64,000 bases of DNA from Diplonema japonicum (lineage: Eukaryota > Protista > Euglenozoa: Diplonemea): assembly GCA_964019335.1 (NCBI GenBank), contig OZ025682.1, forward strand, positions 526,176 to 590,175, written 5' to 3'. The notes under the pieces are model-generated. The model saw nothing but the letters and a program-made list of their open reading frames with translations. It did not search any database and was not told the DNA's origin. Below are positions 1 to 11,875 of this stretch, one piece after another. Each line of letters opens with the position of its first letter. Positions within the stretch are counted from its first letter, which is position 1. Both the position numbers and the translations under genes were made by a program.

Positions 1-1
1 C

Positions 2-3000
2 GCGAACTTCGACCACCTTGGAAATGCTGCGCTTGTGATCTTCCAATCTGTCACGCTTGATGGGTGGATCACGCATTCTTACGCCATCGAGGATGGGTGG
101 TCGCCACTGGCCTCCATCTTCTTTGTCATCCTCACGCTTTTCGGGGCATTTTTCGTTGCAAACCTTGTGCTTGCCGTAGTGACAGATGCCCTGTCAAAAT
201 ACACAATGCCGTCTCTAACGGAGTCAGCGTTGGAGAAACACGTGGGTGCCGGCAGCAAGGAGAGCGACGACGCTAGCAACGAGGAAGAGGACGACGACTC
301 TGTGCGGCTGCCTGTTGTGAAAGTGGACAAATACGGTGCGCGTGCTGCGAACATCACCGTTGTGAAGAACAACTGGCAGCACTTCGTGCATGACATCTCG
401 CACCAGGCGGTAGAGGGGCTCAAGAACATCGAGGAGAAGCGCGGGATGGGACGAAAGAGAGCCAGCACCTTCTGCAGGCGCTCTTCCACTGACGTGTCCC
501 ATCTGGTGCCCGACTCTCCCGTTGGGCTGCGACCAAGATCAAGCTCAGCGGTGGTGAAAGGAGATGGGAGATACGTACTCCAGAGACACCACTCTGTCAC
601 AGTGCTTCCCCCGTGTGATGAAAACGAGCTGTTTCCTACCACGGAAGAGGGATGGATGGAGGCAAGGAACACAATGAACTCAAGGTACGCAGCCAGACAA
701 GCAAGACACGCAACCGTCGCCTCTGTGCTAGCTATCATAGCGCAGCAACAAGTGGACAAAACCACGTTCACCAAACCAGTGCTGCCGTCTTTGATACCCA
801 AAAGGAGAAGGGAGTCGGTTATGTCTGGTGGCATGTCATGCAGCAGTACCGTAGTCACGCAGACCACAGTGTCTGAGGACGATGGCGGTGTGGGGCACAA
901 ACTACGGACATTTTGCAGGTCGCGGTATTTCACGCACACCATCACGTGCATCATTATCATCAACGCGCTGGTGATGGCTGTCGAGCACTATGACATGCCG
1001 AATGGACTTGAGAAGGGTCTTGAGACAGCGAACATGGTTATTACGTTTATCTTCTTGGCAGAGACGCTGTTGAAGATCGTGGCCTTTGGAAAGCAGTGGC
1101 CGCGTGACAAGTTCAATTTGTTCGACGCGCTGGTCGTCATAATCAGTTTAGCAGAGTTGGCCTTCTTGGACTCGAATGCGGTGTCCTTGTTCAGAGTGTT
1201 CCGTATGTTCAGAGTGCTGAGATTTCTGAAGCTGGCGAGGAGTTGGAAGGTTCTGCAAAAGATCATCGACATGATCTCCACTTCGCTGTCGTACATGGGG
1301 TACCTCATCTTGCTGATCTTGTTGTTCATTTTCATTTTTGCGGTGCTGGGCAGGTCGCTCTTCTCAGGGCAGACAACTAACCTCGTGTGGTGCAAGTCCC
1401 ACTCGAACGAGACGTCCTGCTTGACAGATGCAACCTGCGAATGGCGCAGCATGGACAACATGACCGACCCTTCTTGCAGAAGCGGCTCTGGGTGGAATAA
1501 AGTTGATAATACCTACCGTGCCAACTTCCATAACCTTGCGCAGGCCATGATTCACGTCTTCCAGATCTTGACAAAGGACAACTGGGCACTCCTGTGTTTC
1601 CGCCTCCAGAAGGAGATCAATCCTGCTGTCGTGCTATACTTCATCGTCATCCTGGTGATGGGCTCGTACCTGCTGTTCAGTATGTTCATTGCCATTCTTC
1701 TTGTGAAGCTGAGCGAGAACAGCGAAGCTGCGGAAAAACGTCGTGAGAAGCGACGCAAGAAGCGGCAGGGCATCGTGGACGACGACGCCTCGCCCTTGCT
1801 GAGCCAGGGCAGCCCGACCTTTACGCAGCCGCAGTCGCCTTCAGACGGGAACTCCCCCACTTTCCCAGTGTCGCCCATGGAGGAGCAAAAGATATCGAGG
1901 AGCGACGTGCTGCTGTACCAAATGGAGAAGCAGCGAGAGAGGAAGGAGCGTCTTGCAAAACGGAAGAAAATGAAGTACGGAGACCGAGCTCGCGAGAGGC
2001 GCGACAGCATGATGTCTGGTGCTGGGTCCGCATCCACGCCGGTGACAAGAACGCGTAGCAACACAACCTTCCGAGCGTTCAAGAAGAAGCTTGGAGACGG
2101 TGTCTCTGATGATGGAATGTCAAGCTGCAGTCACAGGACAAAGGACTCGAAGCTCGAAGCTGGGCTGAAATCTGCGATGAAGGGTACCAGGGCTGCGGGG
2201 GGCCAACAAGTAGCAGTGACGACAAGCAGGAAAGCAAAAGTGCAAGACGCAGTGGAGACAGTGGCGGCTGATGCTAACCTCGACGCCATTGACCTGCTCC
2301 TTCTGGAGGCAGGTGTGGACGAGTGTTTTGCAGAAGATGAGGAAGACTCGGAGGAAGAGTGGGAAGAGCTCGAAGGGAATTCATTTTTCATATTTGCCCC
2401 CACAAACCGCATCAGATTGTGGTTCACGAACATCGTGTTAGGACGCTTCTTCGAGGTCACCATCAGCTACTTGATCATCGCGAACTGTGCTGTGATTGCC
2501 ATCAACGACAACGCGTTGCAAAATGATCCTGACGCTATCAACGTGGCCCGCATCATCGACTGGTGCTTCACAGCTGTCTTCTCTTTGGAGATATTCTGCA
2601 GGAGCCTTGTACACGGCGCAATCATAGGCGAGCACTCGTACTTGCAAAGGCATCGGTGGAACAAAGTCGACTTTGCCATCGTTGCCGTGTCGCTGCTTGC
2701 GATTCCCATTGAAGCGCAGGCAAGGGCTACGAACGCTGCGCATCAAGTGCAGGTCAACACCATCACAAGACTCGCGAAGGCGTTCCGTGCCTTCAGACCA
2801 CTGCGCATCCTAGTACGAACAAAGAGAATGAAGGTCGTGGTGGGCGCGTTTGTAAACACCATCCCTGCTGTCTTCAACGTCATGGCGGTGGCTTTTGTCT
2901 TGTACTTCATCTTCGGCATCGCTGGTGTGCAGATGATGCAGGGTGCTTTCCGTAGGTGCTCTGACGGGTCAGACAGATCGCGTGCAGAGTGCGTGGGGCA

Positions 3001-5770
3001 GTGGAATGCCACGTTGCTGGATCAGGTGTACATGAATGAGTCCGAATTACAGGATGGGTACAGAATGCTGAACAGGGAGTGGATCAATCCTGTGGGGACG
3101 AGCTTCGACGATCTCGGGAGCAGTTGGGTAACGCTTCTCCAGGTGGCCGCGCTGTCTGGGTGGATGGACATCATGTACGCTGCAGTCGACTCCAACTCGG
3201 TTATCAACGAACGGCCCGTCAGGGATAACAGACCGGTGCTGGCCCTCTTCTTCGTTGCGTGGATCTTCGCAGGAGCTTTCTTCGTTATGAACATTTTCAC
3301 TGGTGTTGTTGTTGATCACTTTTCAAGGCAAAAGCTGCAGCTGGACGGGTCCATCTGGCTGACCAATCAGCAAGAACAGTCTTTACGCGTAAAGAAGATC
3401 ATCATGAACTCACACGCGAAGAAGAAGCGTGCTCTGTCTCACAGTTCCACCGCTTTAAACAAAGCGTGCTATGCTGTGGTTACGCATCCCTACTTCCCGC
3501 GATTTATTTTAGGCTGCGTTCTGGTAAACGTGCTGCTGATGGCGACCATCCACGATGGCATGGATGACACTTTCGAGAAGGTGCAGACATGGGGCAACAC
3601 TGCCTTCACCATCATCTTCACGATTGAGATGCTTCTGGAGATGGGGGTTAACGGTCCGCGCTACTACCTGAACTTCAAATGGTTCCGCCTTGATTTCTTC
3701 ATTGTCTGCGTCTCGTGGATCGAGCTCCTGATAGCGTTGCTATTCACGGGCGGCAATGCGGCGGCAACCATTCAGCTCCTCAGGCTTGGCAGGGCGTTCA
3801 GACTCCTGCGGCATTTCAAAGGCCTGCGGAAGTTGTTGATGACTCTGTACTACTCCATCCCTGCCTTTTACAACATCACGTCTTTGTTGCTGTTGATGTT
3901 CTTCATATTTTCTGTACTAGGCATGGCGCTCTTTGAAGACGTCCGTACGACGGACTCGGAAGAGCTGTACCCTGTGTTGTTGTCGGATAAAGCAAACTTT
4001 AGGAACTTCCCTCGTTCCATGCTTACTCTGTACCGTGTGGCCACAATGGATAGCTGGGTGCGAGTGGTGGCAGGGTGCAAGGTTCAGGAGCCGTACTGCT
4101 CCAACAGCGAAGGCACCTGCGGCAGCGACCTAGCAGCATCTATCTTCTTCTCGACGTTTATGCTGTGTGTGGGATTCGTGATGATGAACCTGTTCATCGC
4201 TATCATTTTGGAAAACTTCCGCGAGTCCGTCCTGCTTCCCGAGGACCTCACCAAGAAGATGGAGCACGTGGTCATGTTCCGCGAGATGTGGGCAACGTAC
4301 GACCCGCAGGGGATGCAGTTCATCCCTGCCAATAAATTTGTCCCGCTGTTGCACCAGCTGATGCCTCCTATTGGTTTAGTAGGTAGGTCGCAGTGCGACA
4401 TTCTGCCCGCGGTGAAACAGCTGGACTTCCCCATCACGTGGCCGGAGCAGGAGGTGCTGTTTGTGGATGCCATCGACGCTATCGGCGAGACAGTTTTCGA
4501 TATCAAGCTAGTGGACTCCGTTGCCACAAGGAAGTATTTGAAAACAACGAATAGAATGCAACTCTATCAGTTTGGGTGGACCATTGCGCACTGGTACGCG
4601 TGCTCCGTGATCCAAACAACGTGGAGGAGCTACAGGCTGGGTTTGCGCCTCACAGGAGCGCATGTGTTCGAGCCGCCTCCAGAGGACGAGCTGTACGCCA
4701 CTGTAGCCGCTGCCGTGAGGAAAAGACGACGTGACAACAGCAGGATAAGGCGCAAGACCCCTTACCCTGGCGAAGACGCTGTTGTCGCGAAGAACGAGCC
4801 TGTTGTGAAGGTGAAGCGTGACCACGTGATGATCAGGAAGACGTCGGTCAACAGCACACCCGGGAGCTTCGTGTCGAGCTACCTCTCCGTGCACCCCGAG
4901 TGCAAGAAGCCAGTTTTTTCGACTCCTGACTTGACGAAGAGGTCCACACCTATTGATCGGAACCTACTGGCACCGGCACCACCCGACTCGCCAAAGCGGC
5001 TTTTGTCGACGGAGAACCTGAACCTGTCGCTGTACAACTTGCAAAAGCTACCGACGCTGCCTATGCTGGAGTCGCAGCAAAATATCCAGAACGCGACAAG
5101 GCTGTCGTTGACGACAACGGAGTCCGACGAGAGTCAGGTGATGGAGTACAAAGGCAGCTTCACACTGTACTATGTGAACAAGCAGGACATCATAGCTTTG
5201 CATGTCGCAGTGCTGGCGGCGGGTGTGTGCTGTGTGGCGAAGATTAATCCGCTGTGGAGTCCGAAGAAGCTGTCTGTCTTGCAGTCGAGTGCGCTGGCGA
5301 GCTTAGGGTCGCCGCCGCTGATGACGAAGGGCAGTTTCACGTCTGTGACCACGTTGGGCTCCCCGTTATATGGAGCAGGGCCATATGCGGCAGCGCTGCC
5401 TGCTCCGAGCTTAGGGACTACAGTTGCGTCCCCGTTGCTAGACAGGGACAAGTCTATCCTGGGGCAGTTCCCCTCTGGGCAGTTCTCTACGCCATCAACG
5501 TCCTTAGGGCACTTCTCTTCCCCATCGACGTCGATATCTTTACTGCCGTTTGCACGCAGCGTTTCGTCTACAACCCCTGCTCTGCAGCCATCACCGTTGC
5601 ATCCCTCAGGCGGGCTGGGCAGGACAGACCCTCACGACCTCCTTAGAAGGGCAACAAGCATGAGAGACCCTCCGCGTCCCCCTCTCCCTGGTAGTGTCAA
5701 CCCACTCCTCAGTGGGAACGCGCGCAACCGTGTGTCTCCCCCTAAGAGGAAAAAATCCGTGTTGCTGTGA
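2..5770 (+). CDS. Four-domain voltage-gated cation channel alpha subunit (Cav/Nav-like), 5'-partial
   Basis: Frame is open from position 2 (ANFDHLGNAALVIFQSVTLDGW, domain I pore loop). Three S4 helices are visible (FRVFRMFRVLRFLK; RLAKAFRAFRPLR; LLRLGRAFRLLRHFK). Four P-loops: TLDGW, TKDNW, ALSGW, TMDSW. Also S6 motif MNLFIAIILENF, EF-hand-like FREMWATYDPQG and IQ motif VIQTTWRSY. Confidence 0.93.
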   Translation, partial: ANFDHLGNAALVIFQSVTLDGWITHSYAIEDGWSPLASIFFVILTLFGAFFVANLVLAVVTDALSKYTMPSLTESALEKHVGAGSKESDDASNEEEDDDSVRLPVVKVDKYGARAANITVVKNNWQHFVHDISHQAVEGLKNIEEKRGMGRKRASTFCRRSSTDVSHLVPDSPVGLRPRSSSAVVKGDGRYVLQRHHSVTVLPPCDENELFPTTEEGWMEARNTMNSRYAARQARHATVASVLAIIAQQQVDKTTFTKPVLPSLIPKRRRESVMSGGMSCSSTVVTQTTVSEDDGGVGHKLRTFCRSRYFTHTITCIIIINALVMAVEHYDMPNGLEKGLETANMVITFIFLAETLLKIVAFGKQWPRDKFNLFDALVVIISLAELAFLDSNAVSLFRVFRMFRVLRFLKLARSWKVLQKIIDMISTSLSYMGYLILLILLFIFIFAVLGRSLFSGQTTNLVWCKSHSNETSCLTDATCEWRSMDNMTDPSCRSGSGWNKVDNTYRANFHNLAQAMIHVFQILTKDNWALLCFRLQKEINPAVVLYFIVILVMGSYLLFSMFIAILLVKLSENSEAAEKRREKRRKKRQGIVDDDASPLLSQGSPTFTQPQSPSDGNSPTFPVSPMEEQKISRSDVLLYQMEKQRERKERLAKRKKMKYGDRARERRDSMMSGAGSASTPVTRTRSNTTFRAFKKKLGDGVSDDGMSSCSHRTKDSKLEAGLKSAMKGTRAAGGQQVAVTTSRKAKVQDAVETVAADANLDAIDLLLLEAGVDECFAEDEEDSEEEWEELEGNSFFIFAPTNRIRLWFTNIVLGRFFEVTISYLIIANCAVIAINDNALQNDPDAINVARIIDWCFTAVFSLEIFCRSLVHGAIIGEHSYLQRHRWNKVDFAIVAVSLLAIPIEAQARATNAAHQVQVNTITRLAKAFRAFRPLRILVRTKRMKVVVGAFVNTIPAVFNVMAVAFVLYFIFGIAGVQMMQGAFRRCSDGSDRSRAECVGQWNATLLDQVYMNESELQDGYRMLNREWINPVGTSFDDLGSSWVTLLQVAALSGWMDIMYAAVDSNSVINERPVRDNRPVLALFFVAWIFAGAFFVMNIFTGVVVDHFSRQKLQLDGSIWLTNQQEQSLRVKKIIMNSHAKKKRALSHSSTALNKACYAVVTHPYFPRFILGCVLVNVLLMATIHDGMDDTFEKVQTWGNTAFTIIFTIEMLLEMGVNGPRYYLNFKWFRLDFFIVCVSWIELLIALLFTGGNAAATIQLLRLGRAFRLLRHFKGLRKLLMTLYYSIPAFYNITSLLLLMFFIFSVLGMALFEDVRTTDSEELYPVLLSDKANFRNFPRSMLTLYRVATMDSWVRVVAGCKVQEPYCSNSEGTCGSDLAASIFFSTFMLCVGFVMMNLFIAIILENFRESVLLPEDLTKKMEHVVMFREMWATYDPQGMQFIPANKFVPLLHQLMPPIGLVGRSQCDILPAVKQLDFPITWPEQEVLFVDAIDAIGETVFDIKLVDSVATRKYLKTTNRMQLYQFGWTIAHWYACSVIQTTWRSYRLGLRLTGAHVFEPPPEDELYATVAAAVRKRRRDNSRIRRKTPYPGEDAVVAKNEPVVKVKRDHVMIRKTSVNSTPGSFVSSYLSVHPECKKPVFSTPDLTKRSTPIDRNLLAPAPPDSPKRLLSTENLNLSLYNLQKLPTLPMLESQQNIQNATRLSLTTTESDESQVMEYKGSFTLYYVNKQDIIALHVAVLAAGVCCVAKINPLWSPKKLSVLQSSALASLGSPPLMTKGSFTSVTTLGSPLYGAGPYAAALPAPSLGTTVASPLLDRDKSILGQFPSGQFSTPSTSLGHFSSPSTSISLLPFARSVSSTTPALQPSPLHPSGGLGRTDPHDLLRRATSMRDPPRPPLPGSVNPLLSGNARNRVSPPKRKKSVLL

Positions 5771-6589
5771 ATACAAAAAAAAAAAAAAAAAAAGAAAAAA
5801 GTTCCTAGCTGCTTATTTTTTTCTTCGGCTAATAGAGCCCTTTGGGGCATCCGAACACATCTCCGTCCTGTTGGGTAGTCCATTATTAGGAATTTTGGAA
5901 AATTTTTAAGAAAATATAAAAAGAGAAATGAAATCAGCGATGGGTCGGAGAAATAATAAAAAAAAAAAAACAAAAAGAAACCAAAAAAAAAAATGAAAAA
6001 CGTATGAAATGAATAGAAATACGGAGGGGAAAAAAGGGGGTGTGTGAAAAAAAAACTAAAGAAAAAATGAATAAATTTAACTGCGACTGCAACATTATTT
6101 GTTTTTTTTTTTCCTTATTTCTTTTTTTTTTTGTCTATTACTATTATCAAGGGCTCTGCTGCGTTTTAGAATTTAATGAGTTCTGGTGTGCTTCTTTCTT
6201 TCCCCCCGTTTTTTTTTTTTTTTTTTTCGCACCAAGGGGGGTGCCACATTTTCATTTCGAAGTTGAAAACTAGGATTGTGAAAATGCACGCATTAGTATC
6301 TTGGTGGTTACTGTGAATGTGAAAAAAGAAAAATGTCAGTATTTGCACTTTTTTTTTTTCATTTCACTGTTTTACATTATTTATTAATACTTTTTTTTTT
6401 TGAATCAGAAATCAACATAATAACAGTTTACCAAATGAGGAAAATTGAGGAAACAATGTGACAACCCAAAAGCTCAAAAATGAGAATTCTCCTCCTCCTC
6501 TGTTTTTTTTTTTTTTTTTTGCCTAGGTTTTTTGACAAGCAGAAGGGGGTCACCTTACCTGCGCAAACACAACAAATCGCCAACTCTTT

Positions 6590-6628
<39 letters not shown>

Positions 6629-7141
6629 TCAGTTCAGTGAGAACCACAAGAAATCTATTGACGGCAAAGACCTGTCCTATATTTTAAAAAATCTGTTCAT
6701 ACTCTTCTTATTTTCGCCCTCATTTTGACACAAAACAAGAATACAAAGAGAAGAAAAAAAAAGAAACGAAAAGACACACAAACGAGTAAACCTTTGGGGT
6801 GTCATTCCGTGCTAATCTACTTGTGGCTGTCAGCGGGAAAAAGAAAGAGAAATAACGAAAGGGAAGGGAAAAAAAAAAAGAAAAAAGGGTGTTCACCCAT
6901 ATGCAGTGTTTTTTGTTCAACCTTCGTATCGTCGTCATCGATTCAGTGACCCGCCAGTCTCTACAGGTTGTGTGGGCAAAGCTGAATGTGTTTCCCATAA
7001 TTTTTTTTTAAGCGGTCCCTTTCCCCTTATGGTCTGTTATCTGTTTTTTCTTTTCCACCTTTTTTGTTCTTTCTTCAATACTCAACACCACTATACTGCA
7101 TGACAGGACTACCTCAATAACTTAACACAACTTCTGACACC

Positions 7142-8188
7142 ATGCACGCAATCCCCATCGCAATTGTTGGCGTGGCCACGATGATGGCTGCCTCCATGGC
7201 AGGTGCTGCTAATCTGGAAGCAGGCACGTGCTGCCCCGACTGGGCGAAGTGCGGCGGCAAGAACTGGACAGGCTGCGACACATGTTGCAACTCCCGTTTT
7301 TTCTGCAACGCTTCCGACCCGCCTTACTACAGCGAGTGCGTCCCGAAGCCTCTTGTGCCCTTCCCCCCTGCCCCTGCTAGCGAGTGGTGCGGTCCTCAAG
7401 GCAAGACCCTCAACAAGGCAAAGCTAGCGGCGCAGGGAGTCGTCTCCAGTGAGGAGATCGCACAGATCTGGTCCGCTGCGACGAAGAACCTGACCCTTGG
7501 CTTTGCCCCCGGGGGTCCTGGGACATGCGTGCAGGCGGTCAGCATCGCGCTTGGGGAGTGCGGCCACCCGTCGCAGTCGAACTGGAAGCTCACCAGCGAC
7601 CCTGTGTGCTCCTTCGACGCATCCGGTGCAGGTGGCATCTGGCAAGTCACGTCGCAGGACAGCAGCGACACGACACTCGCCGGGTGCTCCGACGGCACGG
7701 ACCCTTGTTGCAACGCTAGGCTGGCCTACGCCCATGCCTACAACCAGGGCGGTGCCACCGTCCTCCCCGAAGGTTACTGCTCCAGCCAGTCAGACTGCTC
7801 ACAACTGTACAGCGACTGCGGTGGGAAGACAGGCAAGCCATGGAACAACAGAAGCGTCGACCTGAAGGTGAAGGTTGCCGGTGCCACCATCCCATCCTGC
7901 AGCTACAAGACCAACCCCTGGTACCCCGATGGTGGTGTGGGGCTTGCTAATGTGACTGTGGACCAGGAGCCGTGCTACTGGGGGCCCTTCAGCGTCGCTG
8001 CTGGGGGTGTTGGCAAGGAGTTCTTCCCTGGCTTCTACGGGTGGGGTGGGTTCTTCCAGCACTACCTGAACTCCAAGGCCGGGATGTGCGACTACTCCCC
8101 GCAGTGCGTCACACAGTGCGACCCTGCGAAGTACACTGACTACCCCTCTTACATCGACCTCGCTCTTGGTGCTTGCGGCAAGATGTAG
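7142..8188 (+). CDS. Secreted Cys-rich protein: signal peptide + CBM1-like module + lysozyme/SLT-like domain
   Basis: Hydrophobic N-terminus. WAKCGGKNWTGCDTCCNSRFFC...YYSECVP matches the CBM1 pattern. A Pro linker is followed by AVSIALGECG...GGIWQV...DPCCNARLAY, resembling the SLT/lysozyme-like AIALAESGG...GLWQI...DP..NARAA. Confidence 0.7.
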   Translation: MHAIPIAIVGVATMMAASMAGAANLEAGTCCPDWAKCGGKNWTGCDTCCNSRFFCNASDPPYYSECVPKPLVPFPPAPASEWCGPQGKTLNKAKLAAQGVVSSEEIAQIWSAATKNLTLGFAPGGPGTCVQAVSIALGECGHPSQSNWKLTSDPVCSFDASGAGGIWQVTSQDSSDTTLAGCSDGTDPCCNARLAYAHAYNQGGATVLPEGYCSSQSDCSQLYSDCGGKTGKPWNNRSVDLKVKVAGATIPSCSYKTNPWYPDGGVGLANVTVDQEPCYWGPFSVAAGGVGKEFFPGFYGWGGFFQHYLNSKAGMCDYSPQCVTQCDPAKYTDYPSYIDLALGACGKM

Positions 8189-8529
8189 GCAGCAGAGATC
8201 GTGAAACATCTTTCCCTTTATTTGTGCGTATCTACCCACCCCCGTCCCATCCTTGTTAAAAGAAGACAGCGTTTGTATTCTGCTGCATTCTTTTTTTTTT
8301 TTTTTTTGGTGGTCGTTGCTAAAACTTCCCCTCAAGGATATTTTTTGCTTTTTTGCTTCTTGGCTCTTTCAGTACTGCCACTTTTATTCTCCATTCATGT
8401 GCTTTCTTGGTAAATTGTTAACTGGTTTTCCCTTTTTTTTTCTTTCTCCCTCCCTCTTTTTTTATTGAAGTATATTTTACATTTATGCATGTGTTTCTAA
8501 GTGCTATCCCTCAACTTGTCCTCAGGAAC

Positions 8530-9929
8530 ATGGATACTCTTCAGACGAAAGAGCAGCATAACGGCATGCCCGAAGACACACACAATCTGGTGTATTGGAT
8601 CTTATGGGTGACAGGGGTGGGGGTGCTGTTCCCTTGGAATGCCTTCATTACGGCGCCAGACTACTTCACGAAGTTCCATGAGTTTGTGGACAGCAGCTAC
8701 GAGCTGAGCGACACGGAGAGCAAGATGTGGGACAACATCCTCACATACTTCACAGTCGCCTTCTCCGTGCTGAACCTTGTGGGACAGGCTTTGGTTGTGT
8801 ACTTCGGTGGGAGGATCACGATCAGCGAACGTGTGCTGTACTCCGTGAACGCGATGTTTATCATAATGCTGCTTGTGCCTGCCATCTCCTACATCTCCAT
8901 GAAGCCCGTTGTCGCCTTCAGCTTGCTTGTCACCGCCTCAGGCCTCTGCGGTTTCGCTACTGCTTTCTACCAGTCAACCTCCTTCGGCATCGGTGCCATG
9001 TTCCCCTCGGAGTTCACACAGTCCGTCATGGTGGGCAACAGCTGCTCGGGCATCGCTGTGACTGTACTCCGCATCATCACAAAGGCTACCAAGGGCAACC
9101 TTAGGCTCACGGGTGGTATCTACTTTTACTTGGCGACGGCTTGGTTGCTCTTCGGCATTGCCTGCTTCCTTGTTTTGAGGAAGCTCCGTTTTGCGCAAAA
9201 GCACATCAACGAATTCATCGGCTATTCGAGGCTGCCCCTCGACGACGAGAGCGCCACCAGTGGGAAGGTGTCCACCAGCTCTTCCTCCTCACACCTGAGT
9301 CATGACGTCGTGAGCTGCAAGTCAGCACTGCTCAACCCTGAGCCGGGCCCTGTGCAGATGGGTTCCATTTCGAGCATTTTCAAGACCATCGCACCAATGG
9401 GCTTCACGGTGTGGCTGGCCTTGTTCGTGTCAATCAGTGTGTTCCCGGGTGTGACAGCGAAGATTCCCTCCTCGCTGTCCGACGGTTGGTTCACTGTGTG
9501 GTTGGTGCTGACGTACAACGTAGGCGACAGCTTGGGGCGTATCGGGCCTAAGTTCTACAAGCTCCCACCCAAGCCGCTTGTGGTGATGGGGATCCTCCGT
9601 CTGGGCTTCATCCCGCTGTTTATCTTCTGCGTGGACCCTCTCTACATCAACAACGAGGCGGCTGCAGTGGTCATCTGTGCGTGCATGTCCATGAGCAACG
9701 GGTACGTGGCGGGCATGTCCATGATGTACGGGCCGGGGCACCCTGACCTGCGCCCAGAGGTATGCTTTTGATGTTTGTGACATTTTCTTCAATTCACATT
9801 TAGGAGCGCGAGACGGCAGGCATCATAATGTCGTTCATGCTGCTGTTCGGGATCACCTGTGGTTCCTTCACTGGGCTGCTCATCTGCAACTACCTCCCTG
9901 ACACGGACAGCGGGAGCGGCAGTACGTAG
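8530..9929 (+). CDS. Equilibrative nucleoside transporter (ENT/SLC29 family); intron 9760-9803
   Basis: Motifs GVGVLFPWNAFITAPDYF, SVFPG, YNVGDSLGR, LRLGFIPLF and SNGY. Removing the 44-nt GT-AG intron restores the last TM segment (ERETAGIIMSFMLLFGITCGS). Confidence 0.92.
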
Positions 9930-10774
9930 GCTGCCTCTCAACAGAATTTAGTTCTGAAATGGAAGACATCTTCCACATGCTGCTGCAGCTGCCTGTTGGA
10001 CGAGACTTGTTTTTTTAAAAAAAAGAAAAGTTTTTTTTTTTCCCTCTAAACATTGTCTGCCAATGGGCACCGTGCCGGGGGCACAGACGATACAGACAGC
10101 GGGGTGTGCCCTAAAGGGCTCACTATCCCGTTGAGAAGAGCAGTTCTTACGCATTTTTTTTTCCTTTTGATAAAACGATGTTTTTCTTTTTCTTCTTTTT
10201 TTTTCCTTTCTTCCGCATTTCCCTCCGATCAATGGAAATGGAAGGGCTCGGCGGCCAGTTAGTATTGTGTATACCTTGCTGTGTATATGCTTGCTCCATC
10301 CAAGGGCTCTGATCTCCTTAATTTCATTCTCTTTATTTTTTTTCGCTGATGCAACGCATTTTTAAATTTCCCTCCCTTACCCCCTCCCTGCACACACACA
10401 AAAAACTAAAAAAAAGAAAAAGGAAAAGAAAAAGAAAAAAAAGGGACGTTCTTCTTCATGCGGTGCGCTTGAAGAGCACGTTTTCATCGCTGAGGGATAC
10501 TGGGCCTTTGCCTCTATGTCCCTTAGATCGCTCAATTTCGTGCATTTTTTTTTCCTTTCCCCCAGTAATGAGTCTCTTTCCTTGGGGGGTTTGAACGGCC
10601 TGGAGATCGTGCGACAGTGATAGCTTTGTGAGTATCAAGATATAGGCCGCCTCGGGGGAACACCTCTCATTCTTTATTCTTGCATGTCAAAAACCTTTTT
10701 CTTTTGCATTCTTCTCTTTTTTCCCCCCCCCCCCTTCATTGTAGCAACACCACCGCCACAGGGGGGCAGCAAGT

Positions 10775-11190
10775 ATGGCGTCTTTAAGGAGCTCACAGAT
10801 GCCCAAGAGGCTTCCTTGGGACATGCATCTGATCAAGGAGGCTAACGCGAACTCGAGGGCTACAGTATGCTTTTGACACATTAAAAAAAAAACGATTTTT
10901 TTTTTTTACAGGCGATCTTCACGCTGGCCACTGTTGGTGTCTTCTACTACTGTGCTATTAAGGAGGAGAGATTCGACTGGTGTGTGCTATAATTTCTTTT
11001 TTGGGAGAAATGAATTAAATAAAACAGGTTCCAGCTTGACCCCTGGTCCCCCACCAGGAGAAAGGTGAGCAAGAAGTGGCCCTCGGGTGGTCTCTTCTAC
11101 GGTTGGGGTAACAACGCCCTGAACAGGGATTGTGGTCTGCTTGAGTGGTACTGCTGGCGTGGGTACTGGGGTAACGAGTGGGGCGACTAA
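10775..11190 (+). CDS. Small single-TM protein (106 aa), possibly cytochrome c oxidase subunit VIa-like, copy 1; introns 10865-10911, 10980-11027
   Basis: Spliced product is MASLRSSQ...AIFTLATVGVFYYCAIKEERFDWFQLDPWSPTRRKVSKKWPSGG...DCGLLEWYCWR...GD*. One TM plus RxxxKxWP and CxLxExxCW recalls protist COX6a. The exon structure is well supported; the name is tentative. Confidence 0.6.
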
Positions 11191-11715
11191 GGAGGTTGCC
11201 CACTGCCCGCCCGTTTTTTTCTTTTCTTTTTTTTTTCTTCTTTTTTCTTTTCCCCCATTTTTCGTTTTTTTCCCCCCACGAAGCCTCCCCTACTCAAAGA
11301 AGTAATTAAAAAAAAAGAGTTTTCACCAGAAAAAAAAGAAGCTTGTTCCCAATGTGCCTGACCCTCTACACTGTGCCAGATAATGGCCTGCCCCTCCCCT
11401 CTGAGGGAATGAGGGGGAAACAAAATTGAGGGGGAACCGTGAAAAGAGGAGGGGAAAAAAAAAGAAATGGGGAAGGGGGGGGGGGGAAGAAGAAGTAAGT
11501 GACCAGCAACAACCACGACTTGTAAAGAAGTGTTTTTTTTTTCTCTTTTTTTTTTCCCCTTTCAACGGGCCCCTTTTTTGACGTTCCCCCCCCCACTTTT
11601 TTCTTTCTTTTTTTGGGTTTTACATTTATTCTCACACCCCCAACCCCTCCTGTTTTATTCGTCATTTATCTTAAAAGACCACCGCCACCCACACCACTAT
11701 AGGGGGGCAGCAAGT

Positions 11716-11834
11716 ATGGCGTCTTTAAGGAGCTCACAGATGCCCAAGAGGCTTCCTTGGGACATGCATCTGATCAAGGAGGCTAACGCGAACTCGAGGG
11801 CTACAGTATGCTTTTGACACATTAAAAAAAAAAC

Positions 11835-11875
<41 letters not shown>

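Noticed and set aside
5771-7100. Short Phe/Lys-rich ORFs here and in other spacers (9950-10740, 11200-11700, 12160-12530)
   Set aside because: They are translations of poly-T/poly-A tracts, not genes.
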